Assembly: GCA_012295275.1 (NCBI GenBank)
Contig: CM022671.1
Location: 24,304,001 to 24,368,000, forward strand
From: Chrysomallon squamiferum
Taxonomy: Eukaryota > Animalia > Mollusca
DNA: 64,000 nucleotides
Direction of reading: 5' to 3'
Shown: positions 39,359-54,422 of the stretch, in pieces
Layout of the letters: the number at the start of each line of letters is the position of its first letter
Numbering within the stretch: the stretch's first letter is position 1
The notes under the pieces: generated by a model
Database searches by the model: none
What the model saw: the letters and a program-made list of their open reading frames with translations, nothing else
Told to the model about the DNA's origin: nothing
Made by a program: the position numbers and the translations under genes

Positions 39359-39934
39359 TAATTGGATATTCAAAGTATGTAATGTTTTGAGAAAAACCAG
39401 ATGTTTACATATGGTAAACTACAGAAACCTATGGAAGCCAGATATAACAAGCTAGAGTTTAAAACAATGTTTTATTTTATTTTATTTCATTTCATTTCAG
39501 TTTGTTTTGTTTTATTTTATTTGTTTATTTATTTATTTTCTTTTTTTTTAAGAACAAAAACAGACAAGGTTTTGAAATATTTATGTTTTATATCAGTTGA
39601 CTAATACAAAATGAAAATAGGAGAGTATCGTGGAATATAAACGGAATTAACCAAAGTGTGTTGTGCCTTTTCTAGCTTTAGAATGATGAACACAACTCTT
39701 CGTTACAATATTATGCAGATGTTCATCAAATGTTAAAATATATGACTGATACAAGCTTGCATCGGAAAGTGGCAGAAACTGACAGGGGCACGTATTAACA
39801 TTAGATGTAGTTGAAACTTTTAAACATACATAATTAAATAAATAAATAAATCCAATGACACTATAGAATAATTTTATTATTATTTTGTGTGCATATGCTA
39901 CCTTCAAATAGATATTAAAGTTTTCAAAAAAAAA

Positions 39935-39990
<56 letters not shown>

Positions 39991-42515
39991 TGAACAGCAA
40001 AAACAATGATAATAATAAAATAAAAACAATTATGGTAGTGGGACATTTATATAAAGGAATAAATTGAGATTTGTTGTAGGAAAATAAATTTAATTACATA
40101 TTCAAAGTATGTCATATATATAAAAAAAAAAAACCCCAAACATTCTACAATGGTAAATTACACAAACATACGGAAGCCAGAAAAAGCTAGAAATGGGTTA
40201 ATTTTAAAACAATATTTTATTTTACTTTATTATATTTAATTTTTAATTTTTTAAATTTTTATTTATTATTTATTTTTTATTATTATTATTTTTATTTTTA
40301 TTTTATTTATTAATTATTATCTGTAAAACACAAATAGGCAAAGTATTGAAATGTTTATTTCGTACTACTAGGTCATTCATCTGGCTTCGGTATGTCGACT
40401 AAGTACAGAAGGAAAATAGGTCAGACTCCGTAGAATACGTACAGTTTATCATATTACGTAACTGAATTCCTTCAGTAATCTTCAATGCAAATATTTATTT
40501 TTAGTGTTTAAAACTTCGGGAAGTCTGAGGAGTTCGTGATGCCAGCACCTGTCATGTAACTGTGGCTTCCAGTGTTCTCGTTTTAAATATCACTTTTATA
40601 TAATTTGTAATTCGTTCGATATGAATGAAGTAAACGACATACAGACAACAGTTGCAAACCACTAAGGTATTCTTATTCAGCAATGAAAAAAAAAAAAGAA
40701 AAAAAAAGAAAGAGGGATTTTTTTTTTTTTTTTTTTTCAATCTAAAAAATAAACAAAACAAAACAAAAAAAGTTATAAGTATATATCTTTAACGATGCAT
40801 TACAACACTTTAAAACATTTCGTATACTTTGATGTTATTGTCTTGTGAATTAACCACTGCTCAGTTAATTCTGTGTGCGCGTGATTTTTGTCTTCAGCAT
40901 GAATAATTATCCATTTTATAGCATTCTGAGGATTTGTTAATATTATTCTGTTTAATCATCTGAACTATAAACTACTGTACATTTATACACAGAATACTGA
41001 TGACGTTTCCTTTTATGCAATTTTGAAAATATTTAATTAAAATAGAAAATACAGTTGCCGCCCAGGAATGGTTGAAATGAGCACCATCTATTTTTACAGT
41101 GTCTGGAAAATTTCGTTACTTTTAACCAACCCTTATTTCCTCATGCTTTACATAATTTAAGTTTTTTGAAAGAGTGTGTAATAGACATTAGAAAAATATT
41201 CTGCCTGCTTTTTACTTTATTGAATTTTGCAGTAAAGTATTGTTCGGGTTATCAAGAGATATCTTTTAAAAATATAATGAGTTTATAATTTTAAACTGTA
41301 AAACGTCTACACACTGTCACAGATATGAAACCTGTTTAACAATTTTTTAAGCTACATTAAGTTCACGTTCATCATCTATTTAAAATACAACCTCTTTGCT
41401 GTCAGTTAATCGACGTGCAGAATAGCAATTTAAAAATATTACAAATATAACTGAATACTATAGACTTAATTCATCCTTAATTATTTTCTCTTAAAAATTC
41501 TACATAAAAAAAACAAAAAAACAACAACAAACAATAATAACAAAAACCCATAATTGGCTATTCTAAAATTATGCTAATTTTCCATTTATCAAGTGGCTTC
41601 GTGTAGGAGAAAGGGTACTTGGCACTCGTCTTTTTACGGCAGTCATGAAGAGGACCTTCTATGGACAGTTTATTGGTGGTGAAACGCCATCAGAAATGCA
41701 GAAAACAGTAGCGTCTTGCAGGAATTCGGGAGCAGGATCAATACTTCTAGTTCCAGTGGAAGAAGACCCTCCTGCACATATAAGGTTGTTGTAACAGCTC
41801 TCTATCAACTAATGTTCACTGTAAGATCAAGTTGTATATAACTGTACTGTCTAAAGAAAAGGATTTTTACTTCTAGTTCCAATGAAAAAAAACGTTTTCT
41901 TAAGTTGTAAGGTACTTTGTGCTATTACTTATGTTAAAGTGTTCAAAATGATCTTTAGTTTGATATATTAAATCTGTTCAGATAGGAATGCTGGCATACA
42001 GCCATAGTAAGCTATTTTTATGCACACAAGCATATAAAAATTCTTAAAATTTTAAAGCTTCCAATTACAGCTTGATTATCTGAAATACATATTAAGTTCG
42101 GGTTTATTATATATATAAATATGTTTGATATCACATGTTAAACAAGTCTACTAAAGAAATATATACAACTTATTCACACAATAATAAAATAAATAATAAG
42201 AAATTAAATAAATAAATGAATAAATAAATTAAATATGTAAATAAATATAAAAAGCGCATATACATATACATTAATATAATATTTCCCGAAAGTGAATTTC
42301 AGTTTAACGGCATAAAAGAAACATAATTGATCAATGTTAATATGTTGGTTTCTGCTGTTAACACAGAGACAAAATATATGACGACAGTACACAGAACATC
42401 ATCAACTGTATCAACATGACAGCAAGTTTTGTTGGCTCACGTCCAATGATGCAAATGAAAATACCGGCCATTATGTCCACGGAGCTTTGCGTAAGAACGT
42501 CATCATCATCAATAC

Positions 42516-42569
<54 letters not shown>

Positions 42570-45500
42570 CACTGTTGTTGTTGTTGTCGTCGTCATAATT
42601 GTCATAATATTATCATTTGAAGGGGAGCCACTGAACACTTTCCATTAAGCTTGACTATATATTTCTGAGCTGACTTTGTGGTAAGGTTATCTGAAAGATG
42701 GGTGTCAAATGTTTGGACAGGGGCTTTCCATAGGCTCTGTTTTCCGAAAAGAGCCCCGGATTACGATTAGTAATCTTCGACACTGGGCATCTCGTTATTA
42801 TCAAAATATAAACCTCTGTTGTGTTACGGTAATAACGAAATATTCTCTGATTATTTAATATGCAGATAATAAATCTGATATATTTAAATATTTCAGATTG
42901 TCTGAAGAAATATTTCTTTTAATTAAAGTTGTGTTTATTTAAAATGTATTGTTAAAATGGTTGGTTTGTTTATGACACTTCAGACAGAGCTCAGTCGTCT
43001 GTTTCCCGAGCCTTCCAAACAGCCCGAGATTATCGAGCGTTTGGCGAGAAGTATAAAAGAAGACAATACCGTAAGACATAAATAAAATAATTTCAAATAA
43101 ATTGAAATAACTTTTGTATGATGTTTATAAAAATAACAGAATGAAGATATATGCAAGATGTGTGTGTGTATATGTGAGAGAGAGAGCTATCAGAAATACC
43201 GTCATTTATATGAAAAATTATAATTAAGAATATTTATTTCTTCTTTACATAATTTCTTTAAAAAAATTAATAATAATAATTATCATTATAAAAAAAATAT
43301 GTATTTTCAGCCTTAATTTCATTCATATTTCGTTGCAAAATCTTTCATTTTTTTATTTTTATTTTATATATATATATATATTTATTTATTTTCAAGGTCG
43401 AAATCCCAGGTTTGTCAGAAGATTTTCAAAGCCAGTTAAACAAAGGGCTGAAGCGATTTGCAACAATAGCAAAAGTATTAACTCCTCAGATTGTGATAGT
43501 TTCAGTTACCACAAATACAATTTTTATCGTATCATTTGTGCCTAAACATTTTACTTGTTCCATTTGAGGAACAAACTCGACAAACCTCTCTCATGGTCAC
43601 TTATAAAATACCAGCCGGTATATATCTAAGACATAAATTCTGTATAATGTTTTAGAATTTTCAGTGAATTATCAAACACTATAGCAGACTGTATTTTACA
43701 GCGATAAAGATAATATAATATTTAATTAAATAATATAGCGTCATTAAACAACATCAACTGGAAACTTTGTATATGCTCTATTTGACAGAAGTGTTTATTT
43801 CAATCTCTGATATTTTTATCACCAGGTGGCATCCACAAAAAACGTCATTCTTATGATCGACGCAGAATATACATATTTGAATGCTGCTTTAAATCTGGTG
43901 ACACTGGCAATGATGTTAGCGTATAACACTAATACAACAGTTATTGCCTACACCTATCAAAACTATCTGAAGGTATCAGTAAAACTCATTCGTTAATATT
44001 ATTAGAAAAAATCCATTAAACGTTCTCATCAACATCGTAAAATAAATAATCATAATGGTGTTTTGCCAAGGCTTATGAGAAACCAAACAAATGAAAATGT
44101 CTAGAATGAAGTTTTTATTTCACGTTATTGCCTCCGACATTACGATCTTTAAAAACAAGCAACTCAGATTTAATGTATGAATGTTCCATTTGTTTTAATA
44201 GTTTTCATTATATTTATTTATATTTACATACATTTTTTATACGTATTATCAAATGCTTAACTTAGTGACACAGGAAAACGCTACTGATTAAAATTTTATT
44301 TGCACATAACAAATCAAAATTTTACACATTCAGTCAGTGCTTTCAATTTATAATTTTAAATTAGATTCTTTGATTACAGTTGTTATTCACAATGCGTGGA
44401 TACGGAAAACAAGCCTTTTGTTTCTAAATAGTGGTGATAGGATAAAAATGTAAACCTAAAACGTTAAATAATTTTACTCATCGTAAATCGTTGATTTCCC
44501 GTAGGATATACATAGCACTCTACGTCGAGATATGGAATTCATCAGCAGAAAAGGGGTTTGTTTCGGTACCAAAATGGTTCGAGGTGCCTACATATTTACA
44601 GAACGATCGCGGGCGATGATGTTGGGGTATCCCGATCCCATTCACGCTACCATCGATGATACCGCGAAGTCTTACCAGCATTCAGTAGGCTTGATGCTTG
44701 ACAGAATTCAGAAAGATCCACACAAAAATACTGTTATCGTAGCGACACACAACGAGTTAGCGATCGAAAACATTATTCGGAAGTAAGTAGAACTGTTTTA
44801 GATTTATTTAATATTTACTTATTTGTTTGCTTGCTTGCTTGTTTGTTTGATTATTGTTTGCTTGCTTGTTTGTTTGATTATTGTTTGCTTGTTTGTTTGC
44901 TTATTGTTTGCTTGTTTGTTTGATTACTGTTGTTCTGTCTAGATGGTTAAATATATATTATTATTGCTTGATTGATTGCCTATTCTGTAATTAAATGGTT
45001 CACTGTGCTTACATTGTTTAATGACTTAAAACATCTTTGCTGTTACTGCTACTACTATTACTACTACTACTACCACCATTACTAATACTAATACATTTAC
45101 TAACGCTATATCTTACAATGACTGACACTAACACTGATATTAATAATGTTTTAGAATGCAAGAATGTAATATACCTCAGGATTCAGAATCCGTACTGTTT
45201 GCTCAGATATTTGGAATGGGAGACTATATAACATGTACATTAGGTAAATTCTCTTTCTTTTATTTATTTATGACTTGGTTTACATAATGTGGCTTATTAG
45301 ATCTTCAGTAAATTATACGAGTTATAATTATTATTTTTTAAATGGTGATAAAGAATATAAACGAAATAAAAGATAATAAAATAACATTACAAAATATCGT
45401 TCACAAATTCAGAGTTGTAAGCAGAATTCTTTGACTAGAAAATATATGCTTTTCTTTTAATGCTCCCGTATACACATTTACATATATCTAATTCTGAGTT

Positions 45501-45698
45501 TCTGATGTAGGAAAAAATGGATTCTTGACTTATAAATCCATACCATACGGATCCCTAAACGAAACGCTACCGTATTTGTCCAGACGAGCCCAAGAAAACA
45601 GAGCAATTTTTGAAGGAACTCGAAGAGAAAGAGAACTTCTCAAAGCTGCCCTAAAAGACAGGTTAAAGCAGAAAATGTTTTTCAAGGCGACAACTTGA
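38623..45698 (+). CDS. PRODH2: Proline/hydroxyproline dehydrogenase (PRODH2-like); exons approx. 38623-38904, 41594-41784, 42367-42490, 42984-43070, 43397-43473, 43826-43972, 44505-44782, 45154-45243, 45511-45698
   Basis: Motifs AFGTKRTSELVRAL, TFYGQFIGGET, LMIDAEYTY, TYQNYLK, FGTKMVRGAY, IVATHNE, FAQIFGMGD and YKSIPYG...PYLSRRAQEN. YKSIPYG and MQMKIPA are closer to PRODH2 than to PRODH. The start could be 38623 or 38638. Confidence 0.85.
39360..40445. repeat. Diverged direct duplication (~39360-39650 vs ~40095-40445) in PRODH2 intron 1
   Basis: Collinear shared blocks ATATTCAAAGTATGT, ATGGTAAA..ACA, GGAAGCCAGA, AAGCTAGA, TTAAAACAAT, TTGAAAT and GACTAA..GAAAATAGG. Confidence 0.7.
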
Positions 45699-46739
45699 AA
45701 ACATTCTTCAAGTTGTGCAACGGTTCTTCCAACACTTTTTCTTCAACACTTTTAAGTGACAACAAGGTTTCGTTTTTTTAAAAAGTTATATACATATTTA
45801 CACGATTACATTTATGAATGAATCATGGACGAAATTCATATTTGTAGAATTGCAATAATAAAATTTTATCAGTCACTGTTATTATCGATATTTTTATTTG
45901 AATAAATGTTTGTGTGTTTGCTTTTGTACCTGTATGTATGTTTGCATTTGTTCGTTTCAATAAAAAAAATGTGTATTAATATTATAGCTTAAACATGCAA
46001 ATATGTGTCTCTCTGTTTGCCTATACGTGTTTCTGGTCCACGTATGTGTATATGTAAGTCCATAGTCCTGTGTAAATGTGTCTGTGCTGGATATAAATAT
46101 TAAATATTTAGTACGTACCCATATCGCCATTCTGATTAATATGAATAAATTGTTATAGCTTTTATTTGTAAACATTATTGAATTATTATATTGATCTACA
46201 GCTACAGTTTATCAGAATAAAACATATCAAAACAAGTCTGTCGTTAGATCACTCATATTTTATTGTATAATTATAAAGAGGACAAACATTATGATAACAT
46301 ACTGTAACAGTAGTAATGGCGAATGACGATGCCTTAATTCACAGAATAATAACGGTACATATCTTAATGTCAGACATATATTTCTATGTTTAAAACATTA
46401 TTTACTTATTTATATATATTATATATTTGTTCGTTTGTACATTTGTTTGTTTATTTGTTTATATTTGTTTGTGACATTATTATAATTTTTTTTTCTTCTT
46501 TAATTAAAACACTATAAAATATATATTAAAAACATAAGAACTACCATAGTTATTCTTACCTATCACTCTCATGTTATGGATTTCTCAAAGACAGACAGAT
46601 TTGTAAACCAAAACAAAACAACCTTCGAATGGGTTAATTATATTTATAAACATTTTTGCACAAATATTGTATGATTACAAAAATCTGCTGCGTTGAAATA
46701 ATTTATGTGAAAAAGTTGAAGATATTGTGTAAGTTCTAA

Positions 46740-46919
46740 TCATTCTACAGGCACTGGAACACAGTCATGATAGAGCTGCAAAATATTAAAATATAATGTA
46801 ATGTAATTCAATATAATGTAATGTAATGCAATATCAGATATCACAATACAATACAATACAATTTATATATATATATATTCACATAGACACACACAGTCAA
46901 ATGTACAACTATTACAGTT

Positions 46920-47006
<87 letters not shown>

Positions 47007-49419
47007 AAACCTTAGTGAATTAAATTAATTAATTAAAAGATGAATATAACATCATAATAAAAATAAAAATGTCTTCAAATGATACAATAGTCAATAAAAT
47101 TAAATTAATTGTTTTACGAATAACAACAAACTTAAACAAACTTGAAAAAGTATATATATACATATATATCACTGGAAGCTAACTAGGTAACTAAAAATAA
47201 TATTTTAAAGTATAAAATACGTGTAAATTCTTGCATTTTACGCACGTTGTCTATTAAAACTGTTATATTTTACTTTTGTAAAACTTTTAAACTTAGAACT
47301 TACGATTTCAAACCATCTTCTAAATTCACTATTCGTCACGGTACCGTCTTTATTTGCTGTAGGAAGAAAGAACAGAGAATAAATAAATCTAACAAGGGGT
47401 TAAAAATTCGAATGACCTTTGAAAAAAGGTAAAATTTCTCCTCACTCCATACACATTTTTCTATATTATTGAAAAAAGAAGACTATGAAGTATTAGCAGT
47501 AGAAGAAGAAAACGAAGAAAAAAAAAGAGATCGTATATTGTCATCGCAATATATTACCAAAATCATGTCTAACTTCAGTGGAAGACATAAGATTTGATTC
47601 TTAACTCCACAGTTATTTTACGAGAGAGAAGACTCGATGCCGTAATATCATTAGATTTTTTAAAAGATTTTATCTAATACAGGAAAACATGAATAATATA
47701 GCCTTTTTTAATCATTCATTGAAACGGTTGATTCTGAATTTCAGTATGACGAATCATATAGATGACATTAAACAAACTGAATATTTTAATATCAAATAAT
47801 AAACAAATAATTAAAATATTTAAAATATAGCCTTTTCTAACCTTTAATGTATTTACTTATGCTTATCGTACTATAGATACTATAAAGAAATAATTTAAGT
47901 ACTAAATAATGAAAAATTATTAGAATCTTTAACATCTAGCACAAATATTATGTGTTTTCTGTGTACATCTACTAATAATTTTGTTTAAAAAATATGTATT
48001 AAATTTTTTTTTAAATTAAAATATGGTTCACCTTCTAAACCTTACACTTACTTAAAGAATTACAAAATAAGGATAATTTCTAGAGCAAAAAAAAAAAAAT
48101 TAAAAAAAGTTTTAAATTAAAAAACTAAAACAAATATTCATAGCAATAAATTGATACTAATCTTAAAATCGCTTGCTTACCATCTATAGCATCATAAAGA
48201 AGTGGAATGTCTTCAGAACCAAATAGCTTATTATGATTTCGGTCTAGATGGTTAAACAGATATTCTGAAAAATCAGGAACATCGCGATATATCTGACCCC
48301 AGGTGTAAATAAATTCATATCGATCTATCCTCATGTCTCCTGAAATACATATATTAAAACAATATTTTAAGAAGTAATATTTTTTAAAGGTAAAAAAAAT
48401 TATTTATTCACAATGTCAACTGATGATCATGATGTTACAATCGTAGTCAAAATTACTTTTTTGTACTTTTCCTTTTGTTCTTTTGTACTTCTTCTTCTTC
48501 TTGTGTTGTTGTTGTCGTTATTGTTGTTGTTGTTATTATCATCATCATTATATTCATCATCTTTATTATTATCATTATTATTGTTATTGTTGTCTTTGTT
48601 GTTGTTATTATTATTATCATCGTCATTTTTCTTATTAGTATTATTATTTTTATTGTTATTGTCGTCGTTGTTGTTGTTGTTGTTGTATTTTATTTCCAAT
48701 TACAGTCTTAACAAATCAAATCGAAAATATTCTTACGTGGATAGAGGTCGAACCGCGATACAAATGCGGAAATAATTTCAAAGATGCTGACAACACCATT
48801 ACGGTCGTGGTCGGCGTCTCTGACGACTTGATCGATGACGTGTTTGGCGGTAAGACGATCTTGGTTGTTGTGTATACAGCTAGGCTTACTGAAAAGTTTA
48901 AAAAACAAAAAAAACAAATCTAGTCAAAAGAACAAAATCAAATAAAAAACAATAATTTAAATTAAATAAAAAAAATAAAAAAAGCCAAACAAAACAACAA
49001 CAACAAAAAACAAAACAAATACAATCAATACAAAACAAACAAATAAAAACTATTTCAAAACTGCATTTTAATATTGTAACTGAATGAATGAATTAACAAA
49101 TAAGAGATAAAAATTTGGGTAAGTGATATTTAAAACCGAATAATTCAAAATACATGATAATCTATTTATTTATTTAAAAAAAATAATATTTAAAACCGAA
49201 CGAATTAACCGTTGATTTTTACAATTTTTGTCTCTCCATTCTACTGTAGCTTGTGTCTACAATTAGTATATTTATTTATGTTTTTAAAAAAAGAAAAAAC
49301 TCTTTCTTAAAGGTTTTTTTTTTTCCCCACAGCATTTTCAATTACAAAAATAATTCTAAGAGTTCTTGTACTTGCCCATAAACTAATCCAGTTAGAACAA
49401 GAAAAATAAACAGTATCAT
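46740..49419 (-). CDS. Secreted four-EF-hand calcium-binding protein, copy A; exons 49376-49419, 48737-48888, 48181-48339, 47304-47356, 46740-46775
   Basis: Signal peptide MILFIFLVLTGLVYG. EF-hand-like loops DHDRNGVVSIFE, DLYPRDMRIDRYE, DRNHNKLFGSED and DANKDGTVTNSE. C-terminus LYHDCVPVPVE*. Exon structure is identical to copies B and C. Intron 1 is GC-AG. Confidence 0.85.
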
Positions 49420-50220
49420 TGTCAGTTAATCCTGAAATAATGAAATGAAGGTTATCAGGATATCGTGAACAATAACAAGCTGATTAGATTATTGTTAATT
49501 TCTTCTTCTTATAGCAGTAAAGTAATAATAATAATAATAATAATAACAATAACAATAACAATAATAATAATCATCATCATCATCATCTTTATATTACAAC
49601 TGCATATAATGATATTGAAATGGAAAAAATGCTAAAACCCAAACGTTACTGTTAATACTGCAGCTAACACTACTACTACAATTTCCACTACCCCTACTCC
49701 TGCTTCAACTACTACTACTTTGCGACCATTAATACTATTACTACTAGAAATACGGATAAATATTAATACTAATACTAGTAATAATGTCAGTATTACTGCT
49801 ACTACTAGTATTACAACAACCACACCTACTACTACTGTTACTACTTCTACAACTACTAGTATTGCTACTACATCTACTATTACTACCAATAATAATAATA
49901 ATAATAAGAAAGAAGAAGAAGAAGAAGAAGAAGAAGAATAGGGAGAAGACGAAGAAGAAACAATCAAACAAATATTATTAATGCTGCGTTATACAGACCC
50001 TATACCACCCTTTGTTTATCTCTCGGTTTATGAGAAATATCACCAATTACTGGAGAGACGTGTAAACACAGATGCTGCTTTCACATCGTGGTAATGCAGT
50101 TAATTTGATAAGCACAGATAACATGTCTTTTCCTTTCGTCCCACTAATATTTATTAATGTCAGTTTGTTCTTACATGTTAAAATTAGACATCTCTCTTCT
50201 TCCGTTGCAAATTTTTCTTC

Positions 50221-50280
<60 letters not shown>

Positions 50281-50887
50281 TTATAATTTGAATAAACAAC
50301 TGGTTAATTTAGCCTTGTATTTACCACAACCAATTCAAAATTAGTTAATTTATTTGTGTGACCTAAAGGGAAGGCATGGCAAACGTAAACGGTATATATT
50401 GCTACATTAGAGTTACATTGGAGAGGAATGGTAAATATATTACTATTGGTGAATACTAAAATCTAGGGTCCAAAATGAGTATTGCTCCTGTACAGTGGAT
50501 TAAACATAATCAGTATATAATGTTATAGTTAATGGCGGCTAGGAAATAAGGAAAATAAAAAATAAAGAGTAATAAAAAGTGTACTGTTTCAAGTATCCGT
50601 CGGTTCAAAAAGAATGATTCTTATCTTTAACAAACAAAACGTAAATAAATTCATTAATAATAATAATAATAATAATAATAACAGATCGTGTTATGAAATT
50701 TATGAAAAGCATTAAAGAAAATACCGATAATTTGCCTTTAATTTGTATTTTCTTTATCGTTACCTTTAATTAGTTTAATACGTAAAGAATATTTTTCCAT
50801 CATTAATGAAGAGCAAATAAAAACAAGAACAAACAAACAAAAAACATATTTACTCCCTCAATACCAAACAATGACAGAGAAATGAAT

Positions 50888-50968
50888 TCAGTGTATTTCG
50901 ACAGGAACACAGTCTCTGTACAGCTGAAAGAAAATACACAGACATAATATTAATTATTGTAATTAAAT

Positions 50969-51052
<84 letters not shown>

Positions 51053-51860
51053 GTATTTCTAAACTAATCGTACGTGATAATTATACTGTATTGCTATATA
51101 CATATATATATATACACACACACATTTATTGTTTTTTTCAATTGCAAAATTTACCTTTTTAGGACAATTTATTTTATTTATACCAAGCTAATATCCTAAA
51201 TTAATTGATTAATTAAAATCATGGATAATAAAAATAAAATATAAATTCTTTCAGTCACAAAAAAATCCTAAAATATCCATTTTCTAAAAAGGCGTACTTA
51301 CTTTTTCAAACCAGCTTCTAAATTCTGCAGTGGTCACAACTCCATCTTTGTCAGCTAAACGAATAAATAACAAAAAAAGAAATATAAAACTCTGTCTTTA
51401 TTTGACTCTTCATAAAATTCATACATAGTTATTTATATATATATATCTGTTATTTAGTATGAATTATTTATTTATTTATTATTTACGAAATAATGCAATT
51501 AGATTTTTGCAAAAAGAACAGAATCAACAGAGACCAATGTTCTTTTAGTGAAAATAGAACGAAATCTTTCAAATGATTTTCTGATTTTGGATATTTAATG
51601 TTTTCAGTGGACACAACAGCACCATTTCTCAGTTTATACAGACCATCTATAGCGTCGTAGAGAGGCGTTATGTCTTCAGCGCCAAATATCTTATCATGGT
51701 TTCGATCGAGATGGAGAAACAGATACTCAGCAAAACCAGGTACATCACGGAATGTTTTTTCCCAGCTGTAGACAAACTCATAGGGCTCTATCTTCATATC
51801 GTCTGAAAAAATATATTATATATATGTGTGCGCATGTGTGTGTGCGTATGTGTGTGTATG

Positions 51861-51945
<85 letters not shown>

Positions 51946-52077
51946 TAGGTTCACACAATGTAATCCAAAACTTACTAAAAATAATCAGTCAAGCAAATAA
52001 ACCTATTTTGCTTCTGAAAACAAAGAAGACAAACATATACAATACCGGTGATGACGATGATGATAATAATAATAATA

Positions 52078-52126
<49 letters not shown>

Positions 52127-52468
52127 ATAAAAATTACAAGTACTACATATAAATTACAAGGAGCTTAATCAAATACTTCAATTGTCAAACAGGATCAATG
52201 TCTTACTAGGGTATTGGTCAAATCGTGATATAAATTCGGAAATAATTTCGAAGATGCTGACTATGCCATTGCGGTCGTGATCAGCATGACTGACGACTTG
52301 GTCGAGGACGTGTTCTGCTGTAAGACGGTCGTGGTTGTCGTGTATACAACTAGGCACACTGGAAAGATCAACATTCAGAATAAAAAAAAAAAAAAAAAAA
52401 CAGATTTCTATATTTCTTTATCAGTTTAATGAGCAGAAATTTTATAATTAATACTAAATAAATAAACA

Positions 52469-52503
<35 letters not shown>

Positions 52504-52571
52504 AATAATTAAAATCTAAGTACTTACCCACAAACGAAACCAATAAAAAGAAATAAAATATAAAGTAGCAT
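50888..52571 (-). CDS. Secreted four-EF-hand protein, copy B (intact); exons 52528-52571, 52207-52358, 51644-51802, ~51303-51354, ~50888-50922
   Basis: MLLYILFLFIGFVCG-VPSCIHDNHDRLTAEHVLDQVVSHADHDRNGIVSIFE...DRNHDKIFGAED...DADKDGVVTTAEFRSWFEK-LYRDCVPVEIH*. All introns are GT-AG and in frame. Confidence 0.87.
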
Positions 52572-52960
52572 CTTCTCTTTCGATCTTTTCCCTGAAGACG
52601 TATATGCAAATGTAAGGTACATTAACATTAAATTAACTTAGGTTTAACAGAAAATTAATTATCATACACAAACAATTACTTGACTAAGTACACTATACAA
52701 ACAATGATGATAAAAATAAAAAAAGTTATTGGCCTATGTACACTGTACTAACAACGATGATAATATTATTATAAAAAAATATATATATATACAGACAACA
52801 ACAAAATCAGTAAAACCTTGGCAACAACAGGAACGAATCTGTGACAAACGATAATAAAAACATAATTTATTTATAGAACAAATGTTGTTTTCACATCCTG
52901 CTTGTTTGATAACATCTGATAAGATGTTGTAACATATACTCAACTTACATATGTAGAGAT

Positions 52961-53077
<117 letters not shown>

Positions 53078-53499
53078 ATGCATACATATACTAACAGTTG
53101 TTATTACCGTGATATATTCAGACCTGTCTATGGGAAGGTCCATATAAAAGATCCCTTTCTGCTAACGAAATAAAACAGCTCGTGGCGTCAGCGTTTTTTC
53201 TCTCTACCATTATCAGTATGGTGGTTATTCAAATACATTATAACATCATACAGCTATATTTTAAAAATCCCTTAAGTGCATCGTTAAATAATATGCATCT
53301 TCCTTCCTTTCTGACAATTCATTGAAATGCTCAGTGTTACATTATTTTCAGTTATGATTTTCACTAATAGAGGAATATAGAAAAAGATTACAACATATAT
53401 TCAGTTTGGAGCAAAACTTTTTTCTATAGCAGAAACAAATATGGAGTATTTTTGGTTTGTTATTAATTTCTATACGTTTAATTTTTCAGTCACTAGAAT

Positions 53500-53534
<35 letters not shown>

Positions 53535-54422
53535 ACTGTTTAAATGTTTGTAAATATTTCAGAAGAAATAATCGCTTTTTACTTCTTAAGTTATTACTCA
53601 TGCTAAAATGCTTAAAATAAAACAAAATGAAATAAAATAAAATAAAATAAAATAAAATAACTAATTTATTCGTCATTCAAAGTGCTCTATGTAAATATAA
53701 AAAGATAACTCAAAATGTTAGTATCTCGCAAATTACTTCCCTTCTATGTATTGTTCGTTTCGCATTGTTTTCGTGTATCACAGGTATGTAAGAAGCTTTA
53801 CGATTAAGACAACAAACTATTCAGTCTGAATTAGAATATGTTAAATCCAGCTTTTAGCAGTTAATAAGTAAAATCGAATCATTATATATGATAAAACAAA
53901 ATTTAAGGATAAAGTAGAATAGTAGGTCATTTACTCTTAATATTCAGTCTTTGCGTTAATTTTAAAGGATTAGCATTAAAATATTACTATTTAAAGTCTT
54001 TATAAATAATCTTTTCATCTGAGACTAGTTTGTTTTTCCTTAAACACCCATTTCTGTAAGATGGTTATATTTCAATACTTAGATCCTCAGCAGGAGGCCT
54101 GGTCGGTCGTAGGATCAATACTCCCCAAATTACTTATTAGGCTATAATACTCCTCCAGTATTCTTTGAATAGTTAGCATTGCTAGTGGCGTAGTGATATT
54201 AGTATATACCTAATATTCGTTCTATAATGGAAACAAATATAGAATGCAGTAATCTTAAGGCTATTTCCTTTATTTATTAATTAACAGTTAATTTTATAAT
54301 GATGATGATCATAACAACAACAGCAACAACAACAAAACATTTTTCTTGTTGTTATTATTATTCACACAATAACACATACTCAAAAATAAATTATTTTGAA
54401 TTCTAGGTTCAGTGTAATCGTC

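Noticed and set aside
42620-42800. GC-richer intronic patch with a small hairpin (GGCTCT...AGAGCC) in PRODH2
   Set aside because: No recognisable tRNA, snoRNA or transposon boundaries.
48413-50344. ORFs rich in poly-L, N, T, E and I
   Set aside because: They are translations of (AAT)n, (ACT)n, (GAA)n and (GTT)n microsatellite mosaics in introns or intergenic DNA.
54085-54200. GC-richer patch in the cupin 5'UTR intron resembling a decayed SINE head
   Set aside because: No convincing A/B boxes, tail or TSD; too degenerate to call.
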